Assembly: GCA_023205875.1 (NCBI GenBank)
Contig: CP060771.1
Span: forward strand, 124,001-188,000
Length of the DNA stretch: 64,000 nucleotides
Reading direction: 5' to 3'
Source: Chloropicon primus
Lineage: Eukaryota
Both the position numbers and the translations under genes were made by a program. Positions 24,003 through 37,000 of the stretch are shown here, one piece after another (within the stretch, counting starts at the first letter, position 1; each line of letters begins with the position of its first letter). The notes beneath the pieces are model-generated. The model made no database searches, was not told where the DNA came from, and worked only from the letters and a program-made list of their open reading frames with translations.

Positions 24003-25470
24003 TTAGCTTCCTCTGTAGGTGCTGTATCCGAAGGGGGAGTACAGCAAGGGCACATGGAAGTGCTGGCGCGTCTGGTCTGCGCCGATCTCGAAAACAATCG
24101 AAGCATTTGGATAGAAACCGAGCTTTCCTCCGCACTCGGCCGTCTCGTAGTGTCTGGTATCGAAAGAGATCTTGTAAATGCCAGAAGCGACCGTGGCAGA
24201 AGGTTGAAGCAACTGACCAGACCTTCCATCGCCGTTGGTCACGTCCTTGCCCACCAAGTCCCAGGCGTCCTTGCTGCAAGGCATCAGCCTCTCCAATTTG
24301 ATGGGCACGTTCATCGCTGGCCTTCCGTTGGCGATGTCGAGAACGTGGCTCGTGACGGGAGACCTCAAGTTGGCGCCACCTTATTGTTTTTTTTTCGCGT
24401 TTTGCGGAAGAGGGAAACAAAGTAAAAAGCACCCAGGCGAGGGTCGCTGTCAGTTTCACTCAAGCCGACGTTGCAGAGTCGCCCGAGTTCACACACACAC
24501 ACACACCACACGTACCCCCCGTGATGTGCGCAAGAATTTTCCCTGTCCGATTGACCCAGGTCTTCTCACCTTGCTCCTCTTGCTTCTGCTCCTCGGGGAA
24601 AAAGCTCGGAAAGAGCTTGCTCAACCTGAGCTCCGTGATCTTCATCTGCTCGATAGCAGCGTTCTGCAGCTCGTGAGAGGCGCTGTTTCCGTACCTGGTG
24701 GCGCGCACCGTCGCAAGGATAAAATAATTCGGTTGGTCAGCGAACGAACAAAGCAAGCAAGCGCATCTCGAGAGACAGTGCGGGCAAATGAGAAGGGTGC
24801 CAGTGGGACCTACCTCTCCTTGAGAGCGTGAAGCACCTCGTCTGCCTTCTTGCCGGTCGCAAAAATGATGAAGATGAAACCATGCTTATCAAAGTATCTG
24901 TCATTCCACTCCTTGAGTTCCTCCAAAGTCGTGGAGGTGCTCGAGGCCATAGCAGCGCTCTGCTCGTTGCTACAGAGCTCTTCTGTTGCCTGGAACTTCT
25001 CCTTCAGTTGGCTCACGTCCTGAGCAGCGCAAACAAACAAGGCAACACCGGAAGCGAACGCCATGCTCGAGTCAGTTTCAGTTTCCACCCACCAGAAAAC
25101 AAGCACAAGACAGGGAGAGAGATGATGTGATGCGAAGACGTACTCCTATGCGAGGATGAGCCTTGAAGGCTTCCAACCAATCGGCCACGCTGCAGTCATT
25201 CCACCAGACACCTCTAGCAGCACTCAGCACACCTAAGCAAGCAAAGCGAGCAAAGCGAGCACGTTCAGTTCAGTCTCTCACTCCCTGCGAGGCACGCTTC
25301 GACCGATGGCTCTATGGAAAGAGCATCGAGAGAGGGATCCATCCACCACCACCATCATCGCCTCCCCTTCCCTTCCTCTCACCTTCCTTGTCCACAAAAG
25401 GTCCCATCTTGGCCACCAGTTGCGACCATTGCTCTGACCCACAACACTTGTACAACTCCGCTGCGTTCAT
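24003..25470 (-). CDS. TTL: Bifunctional OHCU decarboxylase / 5-hydroxyisourate hydrolase (transthyretin-like, allantoin synthase), about 5 exons
   Basis: Exons encode CCGSEQW, WLEAFKAHPRIG, EQSAA..YFDKHGFIFIIFATGK, EQMKITELRL, then TSHVLD...HFHVPLLYSPFGYSTYRGS; GT-AG junctions found. Confidence 0.95.
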
Positions 25471-25640
25471 GACGAAAGAGTTGAAGCTGAAGCTGCAACA
25501 CACAGAGAGAGAGAGAGAGAGAGGAACGTAACCGACGTAACCGACAGAGGCCACCACTCGCGTCGTCTCCCTGAACGAGGAACCACCTTCGCCGCCAAGC
25601 GTTGCCCTAAAAGTGAAAGGTTTCATTCGGCACGTGAGGG

Positions 25641-27290
25641 ATGGCGAGAGCGACGAGAGGGACGAGAGGGACGGTCTCTGCTGCTTCTGCGACGGCGGAG
25701 CGTCGTCCTCTTCCTCGTGGCGTCGTTCGGAACTTGTCGGAGAGGTTTCATGCTTTGAGGAAGGAACGGAGAACGGCATGGACTGGGACATCTTCTTCTT
25801 CAGCAACAACTTCTGCAGCATCTTCATCTTCATCTTCGGGTTCATCGACGAGGGGATGGCGTTGCTCTTCCTCCTTGGGCGAGCGGAGGGCAACGAACGA
25901 GGTAAGGGACAAGTCCTTGAGCGGCCTCATCTCCACCTTCTCTCTCTCTCTCTCTCTCTCTTTGGGCTTCTCCTGCATTCATTCCTGCAGAGTGTGAAGG
26001 ATTCAACGACGGGATGGTTTGGGATGGCCTGTCGTGAAGCATTGCTGACTCTGGCTCTTGTCTTCTCCTGGTGTGAAGCTGGCATCTGTCTCGAAACCAG
26101 GGGGCTCACTGGAGGAGGAGGAATATGTCTTGGCCTGCTGCGAGGCGGAGGCGGGACCGCTGACAGTTGCTGTGCTGGTCTCGGGCGGCGTCGACAGCAG
26201 CGTTGCCCTGAGCCTCCTCAAGCGTGCGGGGCACAAGCTCAAAGCGTTTTACTTGCAGATCTGGTTCGAGGAAGCGTTTGACAACTACTGGGGAGAGTGT
26301 CCCTGGGAGGACGACTTGAAGTACGTAAAGGAGGTGTGCGAGCAGGCCGGGGTGGAGCTTGAAGTTGTTCCGCTGACGAAAGAGTACTGGGACATGGTCG
26401 TCTCGTACTCGATTAATGAGATCAAAGCCGGGTGCACGCCCAACCCGGACATGATGTGCAACAGCAAGATCAAGTTCGGCGCCTTTGTGGATTACCTGGA
26501 GGCCAAGTATCCCACCGGGACGTGGGACAGGGTAGCGTCTGGCCACTACGCTAGAATCCGGCAAACGGAGGGGGGCGAGAGGGTGCTCAGCATGTCAAGG
26601 GACGAGAGGAAGGACCAGACTTACTTCCTGGCGAGCTTGAGGACGGATCAGCTGGAGAGGTGCATGTTCCCCATCGGGTGCTTTGCCAAGGACGAGGTCC
26701 GGATGCTGGCGCAGAAGTTCGAGCTCGCAACTCGAGACAGAAAGGATTCTCAGGGCATCTGCTTCCTCGGGAAAGTGGACTTTGACGAGTTCATCGAGAA
26801 GCATCTGGGCACCAGGGAGGGCCTGTTTGTGGAGGACGAGACGAAAGAAGTCATGGGGAAGCATCGGGGGTATTGGTTTCACACCATCGGGCAGAGGAAG
26901 GGCATCGGCCTCTCTCACGGACCCTGGTACGTCTCCTCCAAGGACGTGGAGAACAACATTGTGTACATATCGAAGAACTACCACAATGAGGTGAGAGAGA
27001 GGAGCAGCTTCCTGTGCTCGGGCTTCAACTGGATCGCGGGCATCACGGCTCCTCAAGCCAAGGGGGTTTTGAGGTGCAAAGTTAGGCACGGGCCGGGGAT
27101 GTACGAGTGCAAGTTCACGGAGACGGAGGCGGGGGGCATGGCGAGGGTTGACATCAAGGGGAAGGACCACGGGTTTGCCCCGGGCCAGTACGCCGTTTTC
27201 TATGACGACGACATCTGCATCGGTTCTGCCATCATCCGCAGCATGCCTGAGCCACTCGCCTCCAAGGCCCCTCCACGGGACGTTAGTTGA
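25641..27290 (+). CDS. mnmA: Organellar tRNA-specific 2-thiouridylase MnmA/TrmU; probable exons 25641-25901 and 26079-27290
   Basis: SGGVDS, PNPDMMCN, ASGHYA, KDQTYFL, DSQGICF, TIGQRKG. Exon 1 is transit-peptide-like with a GTAAGG donor; the acceptor is inferred. Confidence 0.95.
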
Positions 27291-27360
27291 TCAATTACAA
27301 AGTCAGCTCGTCGTTCTTCTTCAATGAAGCTATACATAAAGGGGACCTAGCTCCTGCTCA

Positions 27361-28698
27361 CTAACTGTAAGACAGCCTTCCCCTCCTACCACGGCGCCTT
27401 GCCCGTGCCCACCAGGCCAGCGAAGCGACTGCAAGGACCGAGGCCACCCCCAGCGCGAATACCACTGCATTCCCATTCCCATCACTCGGTACGGCTGCAG
27501 CTGCTGTCGGGAGTTGGAGTTGGGCTTCAGCACGACGCCCAAGGATTCGATAAGCGTGCCTTTGGTATACTCTCGTGCAGGTTTTGGGAACCCCCTCCGG
27601 CAGCTTTGTCCAGCAGGCATAGTCGAAGGCGTGGAGCAGGCACAGCGCGTTGGCCACCTCACCCCCTTGTAGCCAGACATCCTTCGCAGCTTGGTAGGTC
27701 CCGAAGGGATCTCTCGATGACTCGTGGTGGCCCTCGTCCCTTGGCTTGGGGAAGTCCTCTGGCAGAGGAACTCCGGGACATGTCGACGAGAGAAAGGCAG
27801 GCCACGTCGTTTCCAGGTTCTCAAGAGTGGGAATGTACGCCGTCAACCTCGCATTAAAGTCCCTGGAAAGCGTTACGAGGATCCGGCTCATGGAAAACAA
27901 GTGGGCCCACGCCGGCTGCGACGAGAACGCGGTGTCCTCCCTCAAGAAATCCTTCACAAAAGCCGTGAAGCGTCTTCGCCTCTGGGACTCGCTAGAGTTG
28001 CTGTATGGCACCCCGAAGAAGTACGGCGGCGGTTCACCGGTCATCACGCAGCTTGGACAAGTTTGACCCCGAACCGCATTCAGGAACCGATACTCGACCT
28101 CGTTGTACCCCGCAAGGAAGTGAGAGACCGGGTCCCTGATCGCAGTGTAGATGCACGGCTCCACCTTCATCTTCTTGGCCTCCTCGAGGGCGCTCCTCAC
28201 CGTCACCGCTTCCTCCATCACGTGCGTGCCATTGTAATCCCTCCAAAGTTCCCTCTCCATCGCCCTGATGGCGTCGTTGGCCGCCTTGAAGACGCGCACG
28301 TAGATCGTAGCGAGGCTCGGCCGCTCTGGGTCGTGGCCATACCAACTAGCACCCCAGTCACCTGTGAAAAAAGTTTTCACCAGGTTGCTCGGTCCGCGAG
28401 TCGTGGTGAACCTCGTTCGGTTGGGGAAAACCTCCTCTCGTGCCAGCTCGAACAGAAGCTCTCCAAGCGCAGCGTTCGGGTATCCCTGGCCGCACAACTC
28501 GGTCCGGACTCGTGGCCATGTGTCCCCGTCCTGGCCTCTGCCGCCTCCATGAGTCCCCGTCCTCGCCGTCGTCGTCGTCGTGAAGAGGAAGAACAGGGTG
28601 AGGAGGACGACGCCAGTCAGCGCACAGACCACGATGCGAGTCACGGCGACCGGGCTCCTGTCCCCCCAAGACCTCCTCGTCTTGGCATCCGGCGCCAT
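27361..28698 (-). CDS. Golgi-type sulfotransferase-like membrane protein (Sulfotransfer_2-like)
   Basis: N-terminal TM, YVRVFKAAND (5'-PSB-like), YTAIRDPVSHFLAGY (3'-PB-like), additional C-terminal TM. Confidence 0.7.
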   Translation of the reverse strand: MAPDAKTRRSWGDRSPVAVTRIVVCALTGVVLLTLFFLFTTTTTARTGTHGGGRGQDGDTWPRVRTELCGQGYPNAALGELLFELAREEVFPNRTRFTTTRGPSNLVKTFFTGDWGASWYGHDPERPSLATIYVRVFKAANDAIRAMERELWRDYNGTHVMEEAVTVRSALEEAKKMKVEPCIYTAIRDPVSHFLAGYNEVEYRFLNAVRGQTCPSCVMTGEPPPYFFGVPYSNSSESQRRRRFTAFVKDFLREDTAFSSQPAWAHLFSMSRILVTLSRDFNARLTAYIPTLENLETTWPAFLSSTCPGVPLPEDFPKPRDEGHHESSRDPFGTYQAAKDVWLQGGEVANALCLLHAFDYACWTKLPEGVPKTCTRVYQRHAYRILGRRAEAQLQLPTAAAAVPSDGNGNAVVFALGVASVLAVASLAWWARARRRGRRGRLSYS

Positions 28699-28950
28699 GC
28701 TGCTCTTCGCACGGATGAATGGCTGCCAGGCGTTACGTACGTTACAGAGAGAGAGAGAGCCTCCACTGCAATGGCATTGACAATCGTGGCAAGACGCTTT
28801 GGGCTTGTAATGATAATGATAAAAGTATATATTGTTGTTGTTGTTGTTGTGTAATAGATCACTTCACTGATGTATTGCTTGACCCTTTGACCTCTCCCAA
28901 GCCTCGTCTTCCTATGGCGGGCTCCAACACCCAGGACGTGGTGGTCTTGG

Positions 28951-29841
28951 TCACATCTCCGCCGCTTCGATGCCTTCCGCATCCGAGTCCAGCTCTCCGC
29001 TGTTATCGCTCGCCGAGAGCGTGCTATTGACTGCATGAAGAACGCTGTCCATGATGTGCAAGCCACTGTCTTGCACGTCCAACGCCGAGCTCTCCTCCAC
29101 GAAACTCAAGACTTCTTCGATCTCTTCCGTGATCTCACTGTAGACGGAGACCGACGACGTTTGGTGGTCCATCATCGGGGAGTGTCTCGTCTGACTCGAG
29201 AGGTCTGGCAGCCCGGAGACCTCCTGGACAGCATTGGAAGGGCTCGGGGACCCCCTAATCTTGGGCAGGGGTGACCTCGTCGGCGGCGTTTGCTCGCCAC
29301 CACCAACAGCCTTGCCGCGGAGTGCCTTCACGAGCGTGGGTTCGCCGTCCTCCTCATCTGGCTTGCCGAACGCTCTTTGCAGCCGGGTCGAGTCCCTCAG
29401 CGGCACCTCGCACTCGAGGACCCGCAGCGTTTGATTCAGACCAGCCCACCTGAGTGACGGAGCACGACGGAGCGGAATCAGATCGAGCACAACAGCAGTC
29501 AGAACACAGCTCGAGTTAGCTTGTCACACGAGCTTCATCCTTTGGTTCCTCTCGCGTCCTCTCTCTTCTCAAGGGACCACATCTTACCTGAGCAGCTCTA
29601 TGACACCCTCCAACGCCTTCGTCCCGGCTTCGCTCTTCAGCAGCTCGGATACTCTCGAGCTCGTTCTCCTTTTGGCTGCTCTCCCTCCCTCCTCTCCTTG
29701 GCTGAGTTTGGTGTTCAAAGCAGCAAAGACCGTCGCTCTCACGTCTGCCTTGATCGCATCGAGTCGTCCTTCCGCCTCTAGAGTATCGATTAGGATCTGC
29801 TTCAGGCCACCGATCCCGCTGCTCTCCTGATCCCCTTCCAT
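28951..29841 (-). CDS. FOP/CEP43/FOR20-family LisH centriole/basal-body protein; exons 29841-29588 and 29449-28951
   Basis: LKQILIDTLEAEGRLDAIKADVRATVFAAL, spliced to LisH-like VIELLRWAGLNQTLRVLECE; acidic tail. Confidence 0.75.
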
Positions 29842-30700
29842 GTTGTCCTCACTCACTCCACTGGAGGACTGTCTCTCTCTCTCTCTCTCCAAGCCAAGAC
29901 CAGCTGTGGAGCAAAGATTTCAATTTTCGTCAAAACAGGTGGAAGGAAAGGCGCCCCACCGACGTTTCCAGCGGTTCTCTACCCTCTGAACCGCTTCCCG
30001 CCTCCCCAATCGGCGAAGGCTTGCCCTATCGAGAGCCTTTCCGAACTCAAAACTGTGAAACAGGGACACAAAAAGTGACCAAACAAGGTCTCAATCAGTT
30101 GCCAAGTCTTCACCACTGGGCCAAATCATTCAAGCGACGGCTCTTTGGAAAGATCGCGACATCATGCTTCTGCGCATTGGTTTCCTTTTCGCATCCTCCC
30201 GCCTTCACTGTCTTGAAACATACCTTGAAGCCCCTCTGATGGACCACCTCTCCCTCCCCTCTGATCTGATGCTAAAAGAAAAAGTTTTTGGACGAGGCTG
30301 CGATTTTGGCGCGATTTGATAACTCTGCAGAGAGAGAGAGAGGAAGGTGGTGAGGAGGGGACAAGGTACTGAGACTCTGGCACAATGTGGTGTAATCCAA
30401 TGACAATCCTCCCTGCTTTTGCCCCTCTCCTTCTCCCTCTTCCCTCTGTACACACACACACAGACACAGACAGAGAGAGGATGATGAATGAGGGCGATGG
30501 CGATGGCGACGTCGACTAGGATGGGGAGGAGGTCTCTTTTCTATTTTTAATCCATTGGCAATGCTCGCGTGGGCAGATCGCCTTCCTCGTGTCGTGTGCA
30601 TGTCATCCCGTCGGTTCCAGTCCCGCAAAAGAGAATAGTTGTTAATTGTAACATGGTATGGTTATTCAAGCTGCTATTGTACAACGCGGTCGCCCCCGCT

Positions 30701-32013
30701 TCACACGATACACTCCCTCCTGACTTGATTCAGGTCCAGGGTGGCCGATAACGAGGGGGACGACGAGAGGGGGACCACCTTGACCTCGTAGACGGTGCTC
30801 CACTGCTTGCCTGTCAACCAAATTCTCTTGGTCGCGGGGTCGTACGCTATTCCGTTGAGTACGTCCATCGTGTACCTTCTGCCCAGCGAATCGCTCTTTA
30901 CCAACTCCTTCGCCGTCAAGTCGGCCGCGTGGATCCAGCCTTTCACCTTCCCCGTAGCCGGATCGATCCTAGCGATGCAGTTCCTCATCCAGATGTTCGC
31001 CCAAACTTCTCCTTCGACGTGCTCGAGCTCGTTCAAGTACTTTACTCTCCTGTCTCCGTCCGCCACGTCGACCTTGTGATCGGTCTTTAGGGTCTCTGGG
31101 TCCAGGAAATAGAGGGTGTGGCCCGAGTCCGTGGCTATGAGGTGGCTCGAATCGTTCGTCAGGCCCCAGCCATCCTTAAGATCCGTCTTGGTTTCTTCGA
31201 GGAATTCCAAAGTCTCCGCGTCGTACACCAGCGTCGCGCCCGACTGCCACGTCAGTTGATACAACTTCTCCCCCCACCGGGTGAGCCCCTCTCCGAAGAA
31301 CCTCTGCTCTGCCATGGTCTTCGCCTCCACTCGCCCAGTCCCTGCATTCACCATCCTCACACTCGTTTGCCCTGCAAGAGATGTTCCCAGGGGAAAGACA
31401 CAACAAGGGCCGAGTCAGGAGATTGAGATGATGAGATGAACGACTCGTGTCTCCATCCCCAACACAAATACTCACCGTTCAGTCCCGTCGATTCGTAGAA
31501 CATGTCCTTGCACGATGCCTCCTCGCTCGAGCACTCCTGGTTGTACAAGAAGCCTTGGGTGAATGCCAGGTGGTCGTGGTCGAATTCCTTGACCACCTCG
31601 AGGACATAAATATCTGGCACCTCCACCTCCACCTCCACCTCTGGCATCACAACAACAACAACCTCTTCCCCTTCTGCGTTGTCCTCCTCCTCCTCCTCCT
31701 CCTCGTCCTCCGTCACGGCATCACTCGATGCATCGGTCGCCGCTTCGTCACCACCGACTTCATCCCTCATCCATTGCTCCTGGACATCACCAACACCAAC
31801 ACCAACACCATGATGGTTGGCCTCCGTGATGCCTTGAAGTTCGTTGCTCCTCTTCCTCTCATTGCTGGTGAGTTGGACGGCGAGGATGGAGGCGATGGCG
31901 ATGAGGACGGCGATGAGGAAGACCCTCATCAGCTTCAAGCGGAGGCTCGTCCTTCCTTCGCACAACTTGCCGCTTCGTCGCCGCTTCGTCTTCACTGCAC
32001 TGCTCGTCGCCAT
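30701..32013 (-). CDS. Glutaminyl cyclase (plant/bacterial-type glutamine cyclotransferase), type II anchored; intron 31475-31372
   Basis: HDHLAFTQG, YESTGLNG, FFGEGLT, DGWGLT, LNELE, VLNGIAYD. Confidence 0.95.
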
Positions 32014-32351
32014 GGCGAGGCTCCAGACTGAGGAGCAGACCACCAGAGGTGATGCGATGGACGGTGGTGGTGGAGGGAGAGAGAGAGAGGCCAGGGAAAG
32101 GAGGAATCCATCAGTCACCGAAGAGACAGAGACCTCACCTCCCTGCTCTTCTCTGTGCCGAGGGACGGCGAGGAGGGCAATTGGCAACGACGGTGAAGAA
32201 GACCGAGAAGTGTTTTTGTGTTTTCCTTGCACGTTTCGTGACGCAAGAAAGAAAAGAATCAGGCAAAACAAACCAATGGTTGCATCACAAGCAAAAACGC
32301 AAAAGAGTTCTTGCGTGCGTTCACCCCAAAGAGAAGAGGGTTTCGTTTTAT

Positions 32352-32717
32352 TTACGCGACGTCGGCGATGGTGACCTCGACATCCACACCAGGCTCGATG
32401 GAGATGCTGGTGATCTGCTTGACGACCTCAGGAGGGGAGTACAAGTCGATCAATCTCTTGTGGATCCTCATCTCGAACCTGTCCCAGGTGTTGGTACCCT
32501 CACCGCAAGGAGACTTCCTGGTGACGATGCTCAACTTCTTGGTTGGAAGTCTCACAGGTCCCTTGACGCGAAGCTTCTTGCTCTTGGCTCCGTTGATCAA
32601 GTCACTGCAGACCTTCTCGAGGTTCTTCACGTGCCTGGAAGTCAAAGTGATCCTGATCTTGTGGATCTGGGCACTTCCCTCCTCCTCGTAGCCAGCCTTC
32701 TTCATAGGTGCAGCCAT
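32352..32717 (-). CDS. RPS20: 40S ribosomal protein S20 (uS10)
   Basis: [10 protein letters not shown]...[26 protein letters not shown]. Confidence 0.98.
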   Translation of the reverse strand: MAAPMKKAGYEEEGSAQIHKIRITLTSRHVKNLEKVCSDLINGAKSKKLRVKGPVRLPTKKLSIVTRKSPCGEGTNTWDRFEMRIHKRLIDLYSPPEVVKQITSISIEPGVDVEVTIADVA

Positions 32718-34005
32718 CTTGTTGTTGCTCAATGAACTTCTTTCTTTCATTCGTCACGGAAGCAGCAGCAGCAGCAGGAGCAGGAGCAGAAAAAAAACGA
32801 AGAAGGAGAAGAAGAAGTCAGCATCTCTCTCTCTGTCTCTCTCTCTCTGTCTCTCTGTCGTGGTGCTCGAGAGCCCATCACCCGAATGCCTGTGAATGCA
32901 TGAAGAGGAAGAGGAGGAAGGTGGCGGAACCGAGGATGGCAACGGCAGAAGGGATGGAGAGGAAGATCGTTGCGTCTTCGGCTCCTCCTTACCTTTTATT
33001 TTTACTCTAAAAGGAACACCGACTCGGTCCGTTCGTGGTATTAGCGCGACGCCGTAAGTGAGTGTTCTGAGTTCTCCGCTCCGCTTCCCCTTTCCTCGGC
33101 CTTCGCTTGAGTGTTCCACTAGAGACGTAACACTCATGTGAGGAATCCACTCTTAATCAAAGGTCTTGAAACGAATACGTCTTGCAGTGAAAACGAATTG
33201 TGGCGGCGGCGGTGGTTCATAGTTCAAATGTGAAGTTCTGAAAGTCAAAACGAATCCATCCCACGACGACGAGTGTCCAATGCATGGCACTCGAGAAGAA
33301 GGACGGACGTCCGGTCTCTCTCTCCCCCCTTTCCTTCTTCCTTTCCCTTTCCTTTCCTGCTTGGTGGGAGGGAAACTGCCAAAGAGTGGCTCCTCCGGGG
33401 TTTCGTCTCCGTCTTCTGTGCCCAATGGCGCGGGTTTGGTTCGTTTCGTTTCGTTTCTTCTCGTTCGACTTCCCGTCCCTTGTCCTCGTCCTCGTTCCTT
33501 CGGGCCACGTTACCCCTCCATTTCAGACTAAGTTGCGCCACCCCTCGCTCCTTTCCTGTGGCCCTGCCGTCTTGGACCAACCCAAGACCTTCGAAGGGAA
33601 TACTCTTGAATCACGAAATAGACAGCCTGGTTTTCCTCTCTCCTCGCCGTCAGAACCCAAGCGTTAATCCCGTCTTATCCCCCCTCTCTCCCACCCTAAA
33701 CGCGCAAGACCTCGTGTCTACACTGGGTTGGGGAACTTTTCTCTCGAGGGATCCCACGTTCGTCAAGAGAAATTTGTGGGACCGCGTGGTCCCATGTGGT
33801 AAAACTACTCGATTCCTGACTTCAAGAGTAACGCCTCTCGCAGAAATAAAAACGTAGCGGTTTCTGGATCAACGAGGGAAGAAAAAGATGGCGTTCACAA
33901 AGCGCGACGCCGAGGTCGCCAGAGGACGAAGCGGAGCGGCCAACCACTCGACGGGGTAGGGCCAGCCAGCGTTGTCTCCATCTTTTTTTTTTACCCTACT
34001 CAAAG

Positions 34006-37000
34006 ATGAAGTACCAAGTTGCTTTGCTCTTCGTGGCTCTGTTCGGTTGCGTTGCCTTCCAGCAAGCTCAAGCTCAATGCCAAGGCAAATGGAGCGGGTA
34101 TGGTTCATGCGTGAAGCAGGCTGACGGCACCACGAAGAAGTGCAAGACTTGGGTGTATACCACTCAAGTGGCTTTCGGGCAATTCAGCAGCGGTGGAGGA
34201 AGCAGCGGTGGTGGAGGAGGAGGAGGGGCTTGCAATGGCTTGAAGGATGCCACGGCCATGTTCAACGGTGGCTGGAAAGATGACAAGTTGAAGCTCGGAA
34301 ACACTTACGTCGGTTGCCCAAACACTATGTGGGACCAACCCGTCATGAGAAGGTCTCTCCTGGGAGGTAGCTGTCCTAGCTACGGAACCAAGAAGTGTGT
34401 CACGACTGGCTGCACCCAGGGATGCCAGGGAACGTGGACCTCTTACGGAGCTTGCCAGCACAACTGGGCGACCGGAAAGACCGAGAAGTGCCGTCTGTTC
34501 ATCCAGTCCGGCTATGGCGGTAACGGTGGCGGTAACAATGGCGGTGGCGGCGGTGGTTCCTGGTGGCAGGACAGGAGAAGCCTTCTCAGCGGGGGGTGTC
34601 CAAGCAAGGAGTGCACCAGCGATGGTTGCGTCTCACAGCAGACGCACTGCTCGGGAGGGTGGTCCGGATACGGTCCTTGCCAGTACGATTCCGCTTCCAA
34701 GGCCAACAAGAGGTGCAAGAGCTACACCGTCTACGTTCAGGCGTCGGGCGGCGGTAACGGTTGCCCATACGCCAACGGTGCTCAGAGTTGCGCGGCCTCT
34801 CTATGCCCTCAGCCAAAGGACTGCGTGGGACACTGGGGAAGCTACTCGGAGTGCAAGTTTATTCCTCAGGGCGGCATGTACCAGCGTTGCAGAAGATACC
34901 TTGTTACGAAGAACGCCGCTCACAACGGACAGTCTTGCCCCTACTCCTCCGGCAAGATCCAGTGCACCAGCATTGGGTGTGCCCAGCCTGCGAACTGCCA
35001 GGGTCACTGGACGTCTTACAAGGCTTGCAATAACGGAAAGAAGTGCAGAAACTGGGTCATTACCACCCCAGCCTCGGGCGGTGGCTCCCAGTGCTCGCAC
35101 TCCCACGGCCAGGAGGACTGCACGACCTATGGATGTCCTCAGGCGACGAACTGCCAGGGACAGTGGAGCGCATACGGATCTTGCTCCAAGCACCCAGTCA
35201 CTCACGTCAACCAGAGGTGCAGAATGTACTCCATCACCCAGCACGCAGCTAACGGTGGCTCCCAGTGCGGCTACTCCACCGGCAGCGTTCAGTGCACCGT
35301 GGGAGGTTGCTCTCAGCCTGTTGATTGCAAGGGAGCCTGGAGCTACTCCTCGTGCAACTACTACTCGTACTTGCACAAGTTCATGAAGGTCAAGAGCTAC
35401 CAGCATATTGTCTCTGCCCAGAACGGTGGTCAGGGTTGCCCTTACAACAACGGTTACAGCGTGAAGGTTGAGGGCGGATGCGCCCAGCCAGTGGATTGCC
35501 AGGGCTCGTGGTCTGCCTACGGCTCTTGCGCTCCAAAGAACGCCCAGAGAAGAAACTTGTTGGGAGGAGCAGGAGTCATTGAGACGCACAAGTGCAGAAC
35601 CTACAAGATTACCGTGAACGCCTCGAACCAGGGCAAGGCTTGCCCGTTCTACAACAACCAGGTTGACTGCACGAGCAACGGCTGTGCTTCCATTGTCGAT
35701 TGCGAGGGTGGCTACTCGGGCTGGTCCGACTGCTCCTACGATGCCGCGTCCAAGACCACCAGGAGGAGCAAGACCTACCAGATTTACACTCCAGCCAGCA
35801 ACGGTGGCAAGACATGCCCACACGCTTCCGGGCTCAAGGTCTGGTCGACCGGTGGATGTCCTCAGCCTGTGGACTGCCAGTATGAATACACGACAAGCGA
35901 GTGCCAGATAAAGAATGGTGTCGCGAAGAGGTGCAAGGTCTTCAACCCAACTGTTCTGCCTTCGGCGAACGGTGCCCCTTGCCCATTCTCTGCGGGACAG
36001 GAAGTTGAATGCAGCACCAATGGCTGTGCCCAGCCTGTGGACTGCGTGGGTCACTGGGAGATGGGTGATTGCAAGTACCACGCCTCGAGTAAGACGAACA
36101 AGAGGTGCAAGATGTACAAGGTCACTCAGATGAACATGAACGGCGGTCAGGCTTGTCCTGTGTCTCACATGGCGACGGAGTGCATGACCGAAGGCTGTGC
36201 CCAGCCCGTCGACTGTGAATGGGAGTCCGTTTCCGACGGACAGTGCAAGTACGACAGTGCTACCAAGCAGAACTTGCAGTGCAAGACCGCTAAGATCACC
36301 AAGCCCGCAGCGAACAACGGCGAGGCTTGCCCTCACGCCGATGGGTACACCAAGTGCACCAAGGAGGGATGTGCCCAGCCACAGAGCTGCGTCGGTGCCT
36401 GGGGTGCTTACACTTCTTGCCACGCCAACGGATCCAACAACGAGAGGTGCAGGGTCTACAGCATCTTGTCCGACGCGAAAGCGGGAGGCGAGGCGTGCCC
36501 ACACGCTAATGGACACAAGGAGTGCACCCAGGGAGGCTGCGTTCAGCCAGTGGACTGCAAGTTCGTTTGGGAGGATGTCCTTCCTGCGGCGTTTGACGAC
36601 GACCTCGGTGCCTTCGGTGAATTCCCTGACGGTGCCGATGCCCTTCCTGAGCAGGTGGACGACGAGCTGAAGTGCCACGTCGACCCTGTTGCCGGAACTT
36701 CCAAGAAGTGCAAGAAGGTTAAGGTCACCGTTCCAGCCACGCACAACGGAAAGGCTTGCCCTCATCCCGATGGATACGAAGTTTGCTCCGAGGAGGAATG
36801 CGCCCAGCCTGTGAACTGTGTCGGTTCCTTTACCGGTTTTGGATCCTGCGAGTACGACTCGGCGAACCACTCCTACAAGAAGTGCAGGTCTTACAAGGTC
36901 AGCGTTGCGTCCGCCAACGGTGGCTTCCTCTGTCCATTTGCCAACAACCACAAGGAGTGCATCCTTGGAGACTGCGAGCAGCCAAAGGACTGCGAGTTCG

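Noticed and set aside
25312..25893. Minus-strand ORF upstream of TTL
   Set aside because: Overlaps the likely MnmA first exon; low complexity.
24003..28698. TTL-MnmA-sulfotransferase (with the distant ATP sulfurylase) as a metabolic cluster
   Set aside because: Different pathways and compartments; adjacency is explained by genome compaction.
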